Positions 52,548-64,000 of a DNA stretch of 64,000 nt are shown piece after piece. Origin of the DNA: Octopus vulgaris (Eukaryota); NCBI GenBank assembly GCA_951406725.2, contig OX597816.1, forward strand, positions 97,216,001-97,280,000. The letters run 5' to 3'. Under the pieces are notes generated by a model that made no database searches, had not been told where the DNA came from, and saw only the letters and a program-made list of their open reading frames with translations. Each line of letters begins with the position of its first letter. Position 1 is the first letter of the stretch. The position numbers were made by a program, and so were the translations under genes.

Positions 52548-52744
52548 ACACACACACACACAAACATATACATATATACGACGGGCTTGTTTCGGTTTCC
52601 GTCTACCAAATCCACTCACACACCTTTGGTTGGCCCGAGGCTAACAATAGAAGACACTTGCCCAAGTTGCCGCGCAGTAGGACTGACCCTGGAACCATGT
52701 GGTCGGTAAGCAAGCTACTTACCATACGGTCACTCCTGCGCCTA
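52300..52744 (-). mobile_element. Full-length copy of the major SINE
   Basis: Colinear with 22540-22948. Confidence 0.92.
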
Positions 52745-53239
52745 TGCATATAATTCGGAAAAAAAAAATTTAATAAAATTTGGCTTATGCATTGACTTAA
52801 ATGCATATGTTTCTAAATATAAAAGGTTAGTTGAGTGAGAGGTTAAAATAACCGTCTAACGGATAAAAGTATCCAAAATACTACTAGTATATTACTTATA
52901 TTTAAACATGGGCAAAAATGTTATGTTCATAAACTATAGGTAAAGACAAGGATAAATAGGAGTTTATCAGGAATCAAAATTTAAAGAAACAGAAAATGGA
53001 GATAACAGCCAGGAAAAACAATTGATTTGCATCAATAATAATAATAATTGATGGAAATAAATAAAGAATAAATAACAAATAAATAAATATTAAATAAATA
53101 AATTATAAACTATTAATAAATAATAATTTATGGAAATCAATTGTTGTTTATCAATGTTATCTTCATTTTCTGTTTCTTTATTTCTAAATATATGCATGTC
53201 TGTGTATATACATATATATATATACATCAGTCCATCCAT

Positions 53240-53294
<55 letters not shown>

Positions 53295-53305
53295 CATATA
53301 TATAC

Positions 53306-53352
<47 letters not shown>

Positions 53353-53353
53353 C

Positions 53354-53398
<45 letters not shown>

Positions 53399-53460
53399 TA
53401 CATATATACATACATATATACATATACACACGCATATACATACATACATATACACACACA

Positions 53461-53925
53461 TACGAGGTCTGATCGATAAGTGTCTGGACTGTTGCCATAG
53501 TAACGAAGCTAAAGCAAGCACAGTAAAGCCGCTTGGCTCAGACTAACCATGACCTCTGTTATGAATTTGTACGAAAATTTTAACATTTTTCCTCACTTCT
53601 GCTGCTTATAGCAGTGCTTGGAAGGAACGTGTGAAGCGTGTAATCATCGCATTGCTCATTGCAGAGAAATATGTTAAAGCAGTGTCTACCCAAAGGCCAA
53701 CGCAAAGTTGCAGAAAGTGCATGGAGAGGAGTGTTTGAGCCGCACGCAAGTGTACGAGTGGTTCAGACGTTTCAAAGATGGCCGAAAAAATGTCAATATA
53801 GACGAACGTTCTGGGAGACCCGCAACCAGCAGAACTAAGAAAAACATCACAGATGTACATGCAGCTGTGAGGGGAAATCATCGAATCACCATCCGATTTT
53901 TATCAGAGAATGTGCAGAAATAAAG
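53461..53925 (+). mobile_element. Mariner transposon 5' fragment (TIR and N-terminal HTH of transposase)
   Basis: TAcgaggtctgatcgataagt terminus; GEECLSRTQVYEWFRRFKDGR....DERSGRP. Confidence 0.92.
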
Positions 53926-54005
53926 TGTGATCCCATATGGTGCATATGGCATATGCTTCTCAAACCTAAGATATTACTCTTGCTAGACACACTAACAGTT
54001 GAGAC

Positions 54006-54321
54006 CAGTGGCTCCCAACTGGGTTCCATAAAAGAGTGTTGGAGTTAACATGAACAAAATAGTATTTTGGGCTCACAGCATTCTTTTTAGAGTACATGAA
54101 ATAATTTTGCTATAAATTTATTGCAAGAAACATCTAGGTTTTTTTCTCTAAAATTTTAAGTAGTTCAATCTACTCAAATGAATGTATCATGAACAGAGTA
54201 GGTATTTTGGAAGAAGTATCTATAAAACTAGTTTTTAAACATCAGATGGTTATGAGGGTCCACCAGAATAAAATAGTAATTAAAGAAGACCATAGATAAA
54301 ATAAATGCTTGAGAAGCACTT
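54006..54321. mobile_element. hAT (Charlie-like) MITE
   Basis: Termini cagtggctcccaac / ttgagaagcact; degraded target-site similarity (gttgagac / ttagac). Confidence 0.6.
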
Positions 54322-54800
54322 TAGACTATGTATATTAGGATGTAATTTGTTTAATTAGCAAATACTTATTCACCGAGTACCTTCTGTACATATTTTCTCT
54401 TCTCTGCTACATTTAGCACAGCAATAAAAATTTATGTTCTTTGTAACTTCTTTTCTGGATAGTCCATCCTCCACGACACACCCAATACAGTCTCATTTCT
54501 TCTAGTCGTAATTCAGATTCTCAATATTAAAACATTTTCCGATACTTTATCCTCAGAAGGCAACCCACCTAGAATTTCCGCTCTAACACGTCTTTGTTTT
54601 GTTTTTTTCTTATACAGGCATCGGTCTTTAGAAGTTGAAACTGATCATCAACCTCATCGATCTTTCTTGCGTGGGCCAACATATAAAAAAATCATTTATA
54701 ACTCTCCCATCACTACATGTCTCGATCGTTCTCTATCTACCTATCAGTTTGTGTCTGTTTACCTATCTATATATAGTTATAAATTTATATATATATATAG

Positions 54801-54855
<55 letters not shown>

Positions 54856-55169
54856 ATTCATCTATGCATACACAGATACACACAGACATACACACATATG
54901 CATGGATGTATGTGAAGTATAGCTTGTGTTTTTGTTTGCATGTAAGTTTGTGTGCTGTGTGTGTGTGTGTGTGTGTGTGTTTGTGTGTGCTCGTGCATGT
55001 GAGTGTGCACCGATTTGTCTATGTGTCTGCATTCGTATACAAGTGTCATGTGAATGAGAAAAGAGCCAGTCAGCTATTTTCTATTATGCTCTGTCTGCAA
55101 TATCTGATTGGGTATATTGAATGTTTCGGATGATATGGAGAACAATAGAGTAGTAGAATAGAATCTAGA

Positions 55170-55315
55170 CCACCACCACTACACCACCACCACCACCACC
55201 ACCCACCACCACCACCACCACCACCACTACCACCACCAACACCACCAACACCACCAACACCACTACCACCACCATCACCATCACCACTACTACCTCCACT
55301 GTCACTACCACCATC
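55170..55315. repeat. (CAC)n trinucleotide microsatellite
   Basis: Direct reading. Confidence 0.95.
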
Positions 55316-56024
55316 AAAAACAAAAACAACAGCACACAAAAGGAAATACATAAGCGATGGAAGAAGAAATACAAGAACAAACAATATAGAGAAGAAAAAA
55401 TAAAAGAATCTAGACAGGCACATACACACAAACACAGACTGACATTGCCACTCACAGACAAATACAGACGGACATATAGTGTAATATGCATGTACGTCTC
55501 TTTCTCTCCCTCTTTATATCAATGTATATAAATATGTGTGTGTGTGCGTATGCGTATGTGTGTTTGTGTGTGTGAGTGTGTGCGAGTGTGTGCGTGAGTA
55601 TGTGTGTATTTTATGTGTATATGTACATGTGTATACACACATAAATATGTATTTCCAATTGTATCTATGTCTGCATGTGAGTATATTCAAGTGTGCGTGA
55701 GTGTTTGTCCAGTCTTAATATATACGTATATGCAGTATGAACATTTCTCCATTGCACGGTCCATAAGCCAAATGCAATGAATATAAATAAAGTTAACCGT
55801 CGAAATATTTCTTATTGGATAGTGGATTGAATTATCTCTACTTTTCTTTTACTGGTTGAAATTGCTCGATTGGGGCCATGCTGGGGCAACGCCATCAAGT
55901 GTATAGTGGATTTTATCGACACCATTACTTGTAAGCTGGTACTTATCGGAAATGACAAAGCGTAAACTTACTAGGAGAGAAAATGCAGTCGGAAAATAAA
56001 AAGATCGATATCAATCTTGTCAGC

Positions 56025-56080
56025 ATTCGACGCTGTTTCTATCATCCATCAGCCATATGTATAAGACTTCTTCAGTGAAT
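56025..56080 (-). ncRNA. Hammerhead motif with canonical core and weakened stem II
   Basis: AUUC-A-CUGAAGA-AGUC...GAUA-GAAAC-AGC-GUC-GAAU. Confidence 0.5.
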
Positions 56081-58180
56081 CAACGGCTGGACCTCTATCC
56101 GGAAGTTTGAACATTTAGGGAAAAAATAAAAGAGAAAAAAAAACCAAAAATCAAAAACAAAATCCTGTTAAATTCCAAACTTCACAGCGGCACCTCCGCA
56201 AAAGACGAAACAAAGACAAAGGAAACCTGAAATAAAATGGTTCTGCATACACTATGCCTGAACTCAGCTGATCGTGGCCAGACTGGTTTTGATCGTAGAT
56301 TTCATTGATAAGAGATGACCTGAGTAACAAAACTAATTACAATACTTTAGTTTGTAGTATTTCAGACTGTCGTGTTATTATCTCTGTATTATAAATTCAC
56401 TCCGGAAGCAGGTCTTGAATTAGCGTATAGCTAACGACGTAGATTTTCTGATCAATATTCAAAATTCCTGTCATGTGATGAATAGAAAAAAGTCTGGAAT
56501 GTTGAAAACTGAACCCTACTTAGTTTCATCTACAATGCATTTTCGTTTCTGAGAACAGTTTTGGCCTAATACATACAGGATGATGCATTACCTTATCCAG
56601 AATTCAACCGGATTGAATTTCCATTATACATACTCTAAGTATATGCGAACTTTCCACTTATATATATATATTATAATAAGCTTTAAAGTTTCATCTCCTA
56701 ATTCACATACCTATACACTTACCTAAACACTTAGACATAAGAAATATTCCTTAAAAAAACGCATAGATACAAACACATGCATAAATTCTTCCAGTTTCCC
56801 TTTCTTGGATGTGAAAGCTTATAAGCTCATTTATTTTCGTCAGTGATCATCTCATATTCCTCTTGTATTGTGTTTGGAGAGAAGGTTAATAGTCGAAATC
56901 TGCTGATAAAATGATTCTCTTTACGAATAGTTGAACTCTGAACTTGTCTGTATTTCAGTTCAGTGTAAATCAAATACTCTTTGAATGTTTTTGTCGATTA
57001 TTACTTTTATGTACTTAAATTTTTCACCATATTTTGTGCCCTCTAATTCTGTCTCAAACGAAACATCATTAAACGAAACGAGCAATATTAATCAATGACT
57101 TATATATTATATTTTTCCGAACAGTAGACACGACATCTTCGGATGTTCCAGTTGCGTTAGACTTCCTTGGTTAAACATAGTTTTACTGTATTTGCTTTGG
57201 TGAGGATTAAGAGAATTATTGAGTCGATACACAACACTGCAAATTAATAGCTGAAGTTGTAATCGAGGTTAAACCCGCACCAGTGTGTTTATTAAGATGT
57301 AGTTAAAATGAGAACAAACTCAAGAAGCAAAGAGAAACTAGAACGAGAGCATTGAGAGTAAAAAATAAAGATTCAGCCAGTTGCTTTCATCAAGACAGAT
57401 GGAAGGGAAGTGAAATAAAGATGGGATGAACTAAAACTGAGTCATTAAACCATGATGCTTGATAGGTAGATACAAGTGGATCCATGAAGTTATTTTTCAA
57501 TATAGAAGAGGGAAATAAGGAAAAATGTGACAAACATAGCAGTCTAATGAAATCAAGTAAATATGTGACATGCTTACGAAAATGTAAAGAAGCATATACA
57601 AATACCTATATAGACACATTTACGCATATATTATTTAAAACTTTCGGCACAAACCTTTCTTACGAGCCACAACGAAATTTAAGCATGCTGGTAATTACTT
57701 AGTTTTCCTCTTAACTCTTTGGCTTCAAGTTTAAAGGAGTTTTAATTCTCGGTTCTAGATTTCTTATAAATATGCGTTATATTTTTTGATGGAAGCCTTT
57801 TATACGTGCTAACCACTATGCTATAAAAATGTCTTGTTTTATCAGGGAAAGCATGCAACTTATCCTATCTGTGTCGATTTATGGAGAGTTCATTGGATTT
57901 GCGCTGAAAACTGATGTGCACTTCTCAGAACTTTATTTTATATAAGCTGTTTAAAAGTATCTCTTCATATCGTGAATTCCTATTGTTATACGGTGGATTT
58001 TCGTGTATTCTAAGGCCAAATTTTTCCTCTTTTTGACACCCATGTTCCTCATTTTCGTAAAGTGGTTCCCACCACTTCAAACTTCTATGCTTCCGTTTTC
58101 CCCAGCAAACATTTCACATAATACTTCGACGGAATTGTAATGTGTATATGAGTATGTATTTATGTAATATTCATGTATGC

Positions 58181-58405
<225 letters not shown>

Positions 58406-58722
58406 TCCACACCTCCCTCAAAACTTTCTATTCCAGTTTGTAATTATTATAATCTGTTAATCAATTTAGTGTCGTTGATGTGTGATTTTCTTGTATCTTA
58501 TCTCTATATAAGCTGAAAATAGCGGTGTTAAGACTTGATACTTGTGTTTTTCATACCATGCTTTTTTTTCCATCTAGCTGAACATAGCACCTGTGCCCCT
58601 AGCGATGCTTTAAAAGATTAACATCTGTATGTGTTTCTTTATTTTGCTTGTCCTTTTTTTCTTTCTTTTCGGCAGCTCCATCTCTCACACTTTCTATGTT
58701 TTTCTCTGTCACTCTCTTTCCT

Positions 58723-58764
<42 letters not shown>

Positions 58765-59818
58765 TTCCTTTTTTCCTTCCTTTCTTTCTTTCATTTATTC
58801 TTTCTTTCATTTTGTCATTCTAATTCACTATTCTCGCTGCATTCATACATGCATTTTTTAAGAGACAAGATCAAAGTGCCGACTAAGCCAAACACATCTT
58901 ATCTAATCCCCTACCAACTTTGACAATAATTATTATTGCTTTCTGGCGTCGGGCCGACTTTAGCTCGCTCCCAACACAACTTTCCCTAAAGTTTATTTTG
59001 AATTCATTCAGTTGCGATGAAGTTAGCCAATATCATTCTCAGACTGTGTTTACAGGTTCCCTACCTCAGTAAATATATATTCATTATGCATGCTTAATAT
59101 TCAACTGTTATCTATTTCAGCTATGTGTAACGAGGCTTAGCTCTACATTCGCATTTGACTGTGTGTGCAGTCGAACACGTACATACTTAACGAAGAATTT
59201 GTGCGTGTGAACGTTTATGTGCGACCTTCTATGTGTACATACAATTTTGAGTATCTCTCTATATGCATGTCAGATCATTAATAGTTGCTACTATTAATAT
59301 ATAAGCCAGTAAAACCTGGATTACTCTGAAGTCGTCCAACAGGAGTGATGGTTAGTGCAAGAAATCCAACCGAAAAAAAAAAAAATCTGACAAACTGATG
59401 AATAAAATTCAGGAAGAATCAAAAACTAACAAAGATGGACTGGGACACAACGGTGGAGCGCTTATGTTCCTCACAATTATGTTCATAGTTACTTACTCTT
59501 TCTCCCTGCATAGAATTATATGTATGTTTCTATAAAATATAATATAATATAATATAATATTATACATACACACACACACACACACATACACACACACACA
59601 CACACATACACACATACACACACACACACACATATATATACATATATATATATACACATATATGTATGTATATTTAATATGGCTCTCGGTTCGTGCAAAC
59701 TCTACTGCGATGTTTTAACCCCAAGTGGACATCTCCTCTACCTGGTTAACGATGCAATGCTACATCCGATAAAACTGCGAGCAGGAGGGCGAGCCCCTAC
59801 CATCCCCCAACGACGGAA

Positions 59819-59868
59819 CCAGAAGACCAGTCCTGGTTTCGGGCTATTTTTGGACTCCTCGGTACTGG
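59819..59868 (-). ncRNA. Type I hammerhead (mutated copy)
   Basis: CCAGUA-CCGAGGA-GUCC-AAAAAUA-GCCC-GAAACCAG-GA-CUGGUC-UUCUGG; the 7084 copy supplies stem II GGGC/GCCU. Confidence 0.65.
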
Positions 59869-60777
59869 ACACCTCGTCTGCTAAAGATTAATTCTTTATT
59901 ACAAGCACAAGGCTAAATTACAGATGGGACATACAAAGATATGCGGGAACATAAAGCACACGAAGGATGAATGTGAAATGAATATATTTACAATGGAAAT
60001 GAGCAGGCCATCTCGCTCCCGCTGCGAGATGAAACCAAGTATTCCTTTATCATTTACTTTTGCACAACCTTTAGCCTCGCTCCGAGGCGAAACCGCAACT
60101 TTCCTCTTCGTTTTTACCCTACCGTAATAAACTTTTTAAACCAATGTTCATTCAGTCCTTACTTATTTCTTTTCCTTTTTTTAACTAAAGGAGAGCCAAA
60201 TGTTTGTCACAGTGTTCAAAGAAAAACTTTAGGAAACCTGTTCATTTAACAGTATCAAAATTTACCTTATTTCCCCCTTTTTTTTCCTCTAAAAGGTTCA
60301 AACAATCATTTCTCTCAGTTGCAGTCTTTACAAAATTACAATGACTTACCATTTCTATCTCTCACACTGTCTTTCAATTTTGCACTCCTTCCAAGTTGGG
60401 GCGCTCTATCTCAATATGATTTTTCTTTTCGTTTGTGTTTTCCATGTTGTCTTTTTTTGTTTCTATTTTCCTGCTGTTTTATGGGTTCTTGTATTTCCGT
60501 CTATAAGTTTTTGTGTTTCGTGTATTTGTGCGTCTGTGTATTCGTTTGACTGCAACTCAACGTGTTTCGTCTGTGTGTCTATGTCTTTTAGGTTTCTGTT
60601 ATTCTGGGTCGTCTTATTTCTTATTTGCATGACTCTGTCCTTTTAATTCCTTTGCTGGTACTTCCACTGGTAAATTTTCTCCGTTTCTCGTCGAGGGTTG
60701 AGTTTCTTCTTCCATTCCTTTACATTACTTTACTTCCACTATCGTCGGTGACTTTCTTCTCTCTCTTTTCTTGAGTT

Positions 60778-61080
60778 TTACATCCACCAAAATCCTATCA
60801 TATTCTGTTCTCTGCTTCTGCTTTTTTTTTTCACCACTATCTCTTCCTGTACACTCTCTCCCACCATTTCTACTGTTGCTCTAGGGCATTTCCTTCTCAG
60901 GTGCCCTCTTTCACCGCATCCGTAACATTTTGGGGGTCTCACATCCAACATTACTTCTCGGTTTTCACCGTTTGGTAATTCCACAGTTTCCGCCATTTCG
61001 TCGTAATATTCTGGGCTTACGTCGCACATTATTTCAACACCATATCCCATAGCTTCTGCGTGTCTCTTCTTTTCTTCCAT
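60778..61080 (-). pseudogene. L1/Tx1-type ORF1 fragment with CCHC zinc knuckle
   Basis: ETVELPNG...RPPKCYGCGERGHLRRKCP aligns by eye with TTIQLPGD...RRPRCYLCGSETHLKKTCP at 49542-50063. Confidence 0.8.
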
Positions 61081-61647
61081 TATTCACTTCCACTCATCGA
61101 TGATGGTTTCGCACAAAAAATTCCGCTTAGTATTCTTCAAAAAAGAAAAAAAAAAAAAACAGAGCCTGGTAGAGATGATGGCAACTCACTTCTGCACGCA
61201 GTATATTTATTTCAAGCGAAAACACAGGCGCTGATTTTGCAACAAGCAAAAATGATAGTTCTAAAACATCTCGAAGAGATCAACAAAGTAGTTCTACTGA
61301 CAAGTACTATTCGTAGCCACTTTAACATGGCTGTCCGTTCAAGCGGACTCTACTGAAATTTTTTAACTCCAAGAGGACATTTCCTATAGCTGGTTAACGA
61401 TGCACAGCTGCATCCGATAAAATTACGAGCAGGGGTTAAAAAATCGCAGTAGAGTCTGCTCGAATGGACAGCCATGTTAAAGTGGCCACCAATATTACTT
61501 GTCATTACAACTACTGTATTGATCTCTTAGGGAGATTTTAGAACTAGCATTTTTTGCGTGTTTTATATATATATCTAAAAGCAGGTATGTCGGTAAATAC
61601 ATGCATAGTTATATAAATGCATATATATATATCTCAATATACATATA

Positions 61648-61945
61648 CTTCTGCAACAGCCTGGGTTTCAAGGGTCCACAGCATTTTAATATTCTGCCAA
61701 AGAGTTTGAGGAACTTGCACAAAGTAGATGTAGCGGTTTTTAAATCAAAGCTGGACATCTTTCTGTCGAGAGTCCCAGATGTACCTACCTCACGGCAAGA
61801 GGTGCAAATGAGAGTAGCTATGTCAAACTTCATTCTTCACCAAGTGCCACATATTAGAGGAGGTTCTTCGTAATAACAGTGTAGCACGAAACGGCGGTGC
61901 ATCAGCATGGCCACAGCTCTGAGCTGAAACAAGCAAAAAAAAAAG
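61648..61945 (+). mobile_element. CR1-like LINE extreme 3' end
   Basis: KGPQHFNILPKSLRN...FKSKLD.FL..VPD.P; tail ggcggtgcatcagcatggccacagctctgagctgaaacaag. Confidence 0.85.
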
Positions 61946-62050
61946 ACGATATATATACATATAACATGATACATGTGTGTGTGTGTTTATATATTATAAG
62001 TGTATGCATAAATATATATGTGTATATACATTCATATATAGACACACTCA

Positions 62051-62117
<67 letters not shown>

Positions 62118-62646
62118 ATATATGCATGTATATATATATATACATGTATGTATATATAAGCATTTATTTTGTCGAGATATTCACTGACACACACGCACAG
62201 ATACATACAATCTAATTAGAAACTGGCACAGGTACATAGAAACTAATTATAAACACATGCACACTTACACACCCAAATACACACACTCGCGCGCGTGTGA
62301 AAACTTAGATATAGATATATTTGTGTCTGGAAAATAAATCTGATATTATGTGCTAATTATTTTTCAAATTTCCCACATGAAGCCAATAGATATTAAAATA
62401 TAATGGAAGCAGAATGATTTGTAAACACTCACCAATTCTACTAAATAACGAAATATTACAAATTGCTGAAAGACATTAACCGCTAGAAAATAACAGTGTG
62501 TTTATAGTCAGAATGGAAACACACATGTGCGTTTACATATATATATATATATACATACACATATATACAGACCCATACATATAGATGTACTTTTGCATAC
62601 ATATATACATACATGTGCGTGTGTGTGTGTATCTATCTATATATAT

Positions 62647-62713
<67 letters not shown>

Positions 62714-63277
62714 CGTATATACATATAAAAATACATCCAGATATGCATATGACATATATATATATGTATGTACACATACACATACATATATATGTATATA
62801 TATATATATGCGTATGTAGTTGTGCTTGTGTGTATACACACACGCACACAAACATGTATATCATGTACATACATACACATGTGTGTGTCTGTGTTTATAA
62901 GTATATTGTCTGCGGGTGTTTATGCTTATCCACTTGTTTCCTTACACACAACAGACAAAACGAAAAAGGAAAAAATATAAACAAAATCATTATGTAATTT
63001 AGTTTCCTTACATTTCTAAGGTAATAACGATAGCAGTATTCACATGTGCGTAGAAATAAAGAACACGCAAAAATACTTTGAGTATATGGTTAACACCATG
63101 GTATCAGTAGTCAATTAAGGACATCTATAACAGACATTCAAGGATGTGATTCGGTAATCATACCGCCTAGGTGCTATTGGAGTAGATCTGAGTATTCAGA
63201 TGAAAGGCATTTGTTTCACCTGTCGTTTCGTCGGTCCTTTGTCTTCTCATTTTTTTTAAAATTACAAACATAGTTAT

Positions 63278-63613
63278 AGGGTGCAACGTGACTCTGTGGT
63301 CAGAAGTTTACTTTCCAACCACATGGTTCCGAGTTCAGTCTCACTGCATGGCACCTTGGGCAAGCGTCTTCTACTACTACCATTGCCTTGGCCCGACCAA
63401 CGGTTTGGGGTGGATTTGGAAGAGGGAAACTGAAAGAAGTATGTGGTATATCTCTCTCTCTCTATGTGCGCGCGCACGTATTTTTGTGTGATTTTTTCCT
63501 CTACCTTCGTTTGATATCCAGTGTTGATGAGTCTACGTCCTCGTAAACTAGCGGTTCGGCAACATATGCTGTTAGAATAAGTAGAAGGCTTTAAGAAAAA
63601 CAGTACTAGAGTC
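63278..63613 (+). mobile_element. Major SINE, interrupted; resumes at 63955-64000
   Basis: ctgtggtcagaagttt...ggcaccttgggcaag...gcggttcggcaa. Confidence 0.85.
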
Positions 63614-63954
63614 GACGAAGGTAAAAGAAAGAGAAAATAGAAGGCTTCTGATTATGCAGAAAGTTTAATAAAAGCTATATATTCCAGGCGCAATGTTCCA
63701 TCTTCAGAAGATAAAGAAAAACAATCTGAGAAAAGTTTCGTTATGTAGATTCCGTTAACCCTAGATTCCGTTCTCTGGATTGACAAAACCTGCATAACTG
63801 GACTTTTCTCAGACTGTTTTCTTTCTTCTGAAGGTGGTCCTTTGCGCCTCAAATATAATGGTTTTATTCCCGCATTGTCACAAGCTGTCTATTTTCTCTC
63901 TTTTTATCTTCTTCGATATTTCAATGCCTCAAGCGAACTACAACGTTCTTATAA
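63614..63954. mobile_element. Diverged fold-back insertion with 10-bp target-site duplication
   Basis: tactagagtc at 63604-63613 and 63955-63964; arms ~63614-63752/63785-63917; CUGAAGA/CUGAAGG cores in the arms. Confidence 0.7.
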
Positions 63955-64000
63955 TACTAGAGTCTATTCGTTGGACTAAAATCCCTCAATGCGGCCCTTA

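Larger units (their letters stand above)
59678..61557 (-). mobile_element. Composite element: direct repeats (59678-59786, 61327-61433) flanking a zinc-knuckle ORF1 remnant, HHR next to the downstream repeat, inverted duplication at the upstream end
   Basis: Repeat similarity read directly; ORF 60778-61080; HHR 59819-59868; inverted arms ~61245-61370/61432-61557. Confidence 0.65.

Noticed and set aside
54618-54720. Acceptor plus EVETDHQP peptide resembling Gypsy RNase H
   Set aside because: Match too short; frame runs into low-complexity sequence

Overview
AT-rich, microsatellite-saturated eukaryotic DNA. The SINE families and repeat style suggest an octopus or other coleoid cephalopod (inference). 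Most ORFs in the supplied track are translations of (TA)n/(CA)n/(CATA)n/(TATC)n and are not genes. No complete host gene is visible; there is one candidate terminal exon. The window is a mosaic of decayed mobile elements: tRNA-derived SINEs, fragments of CR1-like, RTE-like and R4/Dong-like LINEs, Penelope-like elements (PLEs), Tigger/mariner/hAT DNA transposons, a Helitron-like repeat, and two L1/Tx1-type ORF1-only elements. The main hidden signal is RNA-level: more than a dozen type I hammerhead-ribozyme (HHR) motifs read by eye on both strands. They include canonical cores, a U3-A8 core, a family-wide A6U core and tandem copies. Many sit in asymmetric fold-back elements inserted in (TA)n, and one sits in a direct repeat flanking a zinc-knuckle ORF1. 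All ribozyme calls are manual folds; none has been tested for activity.
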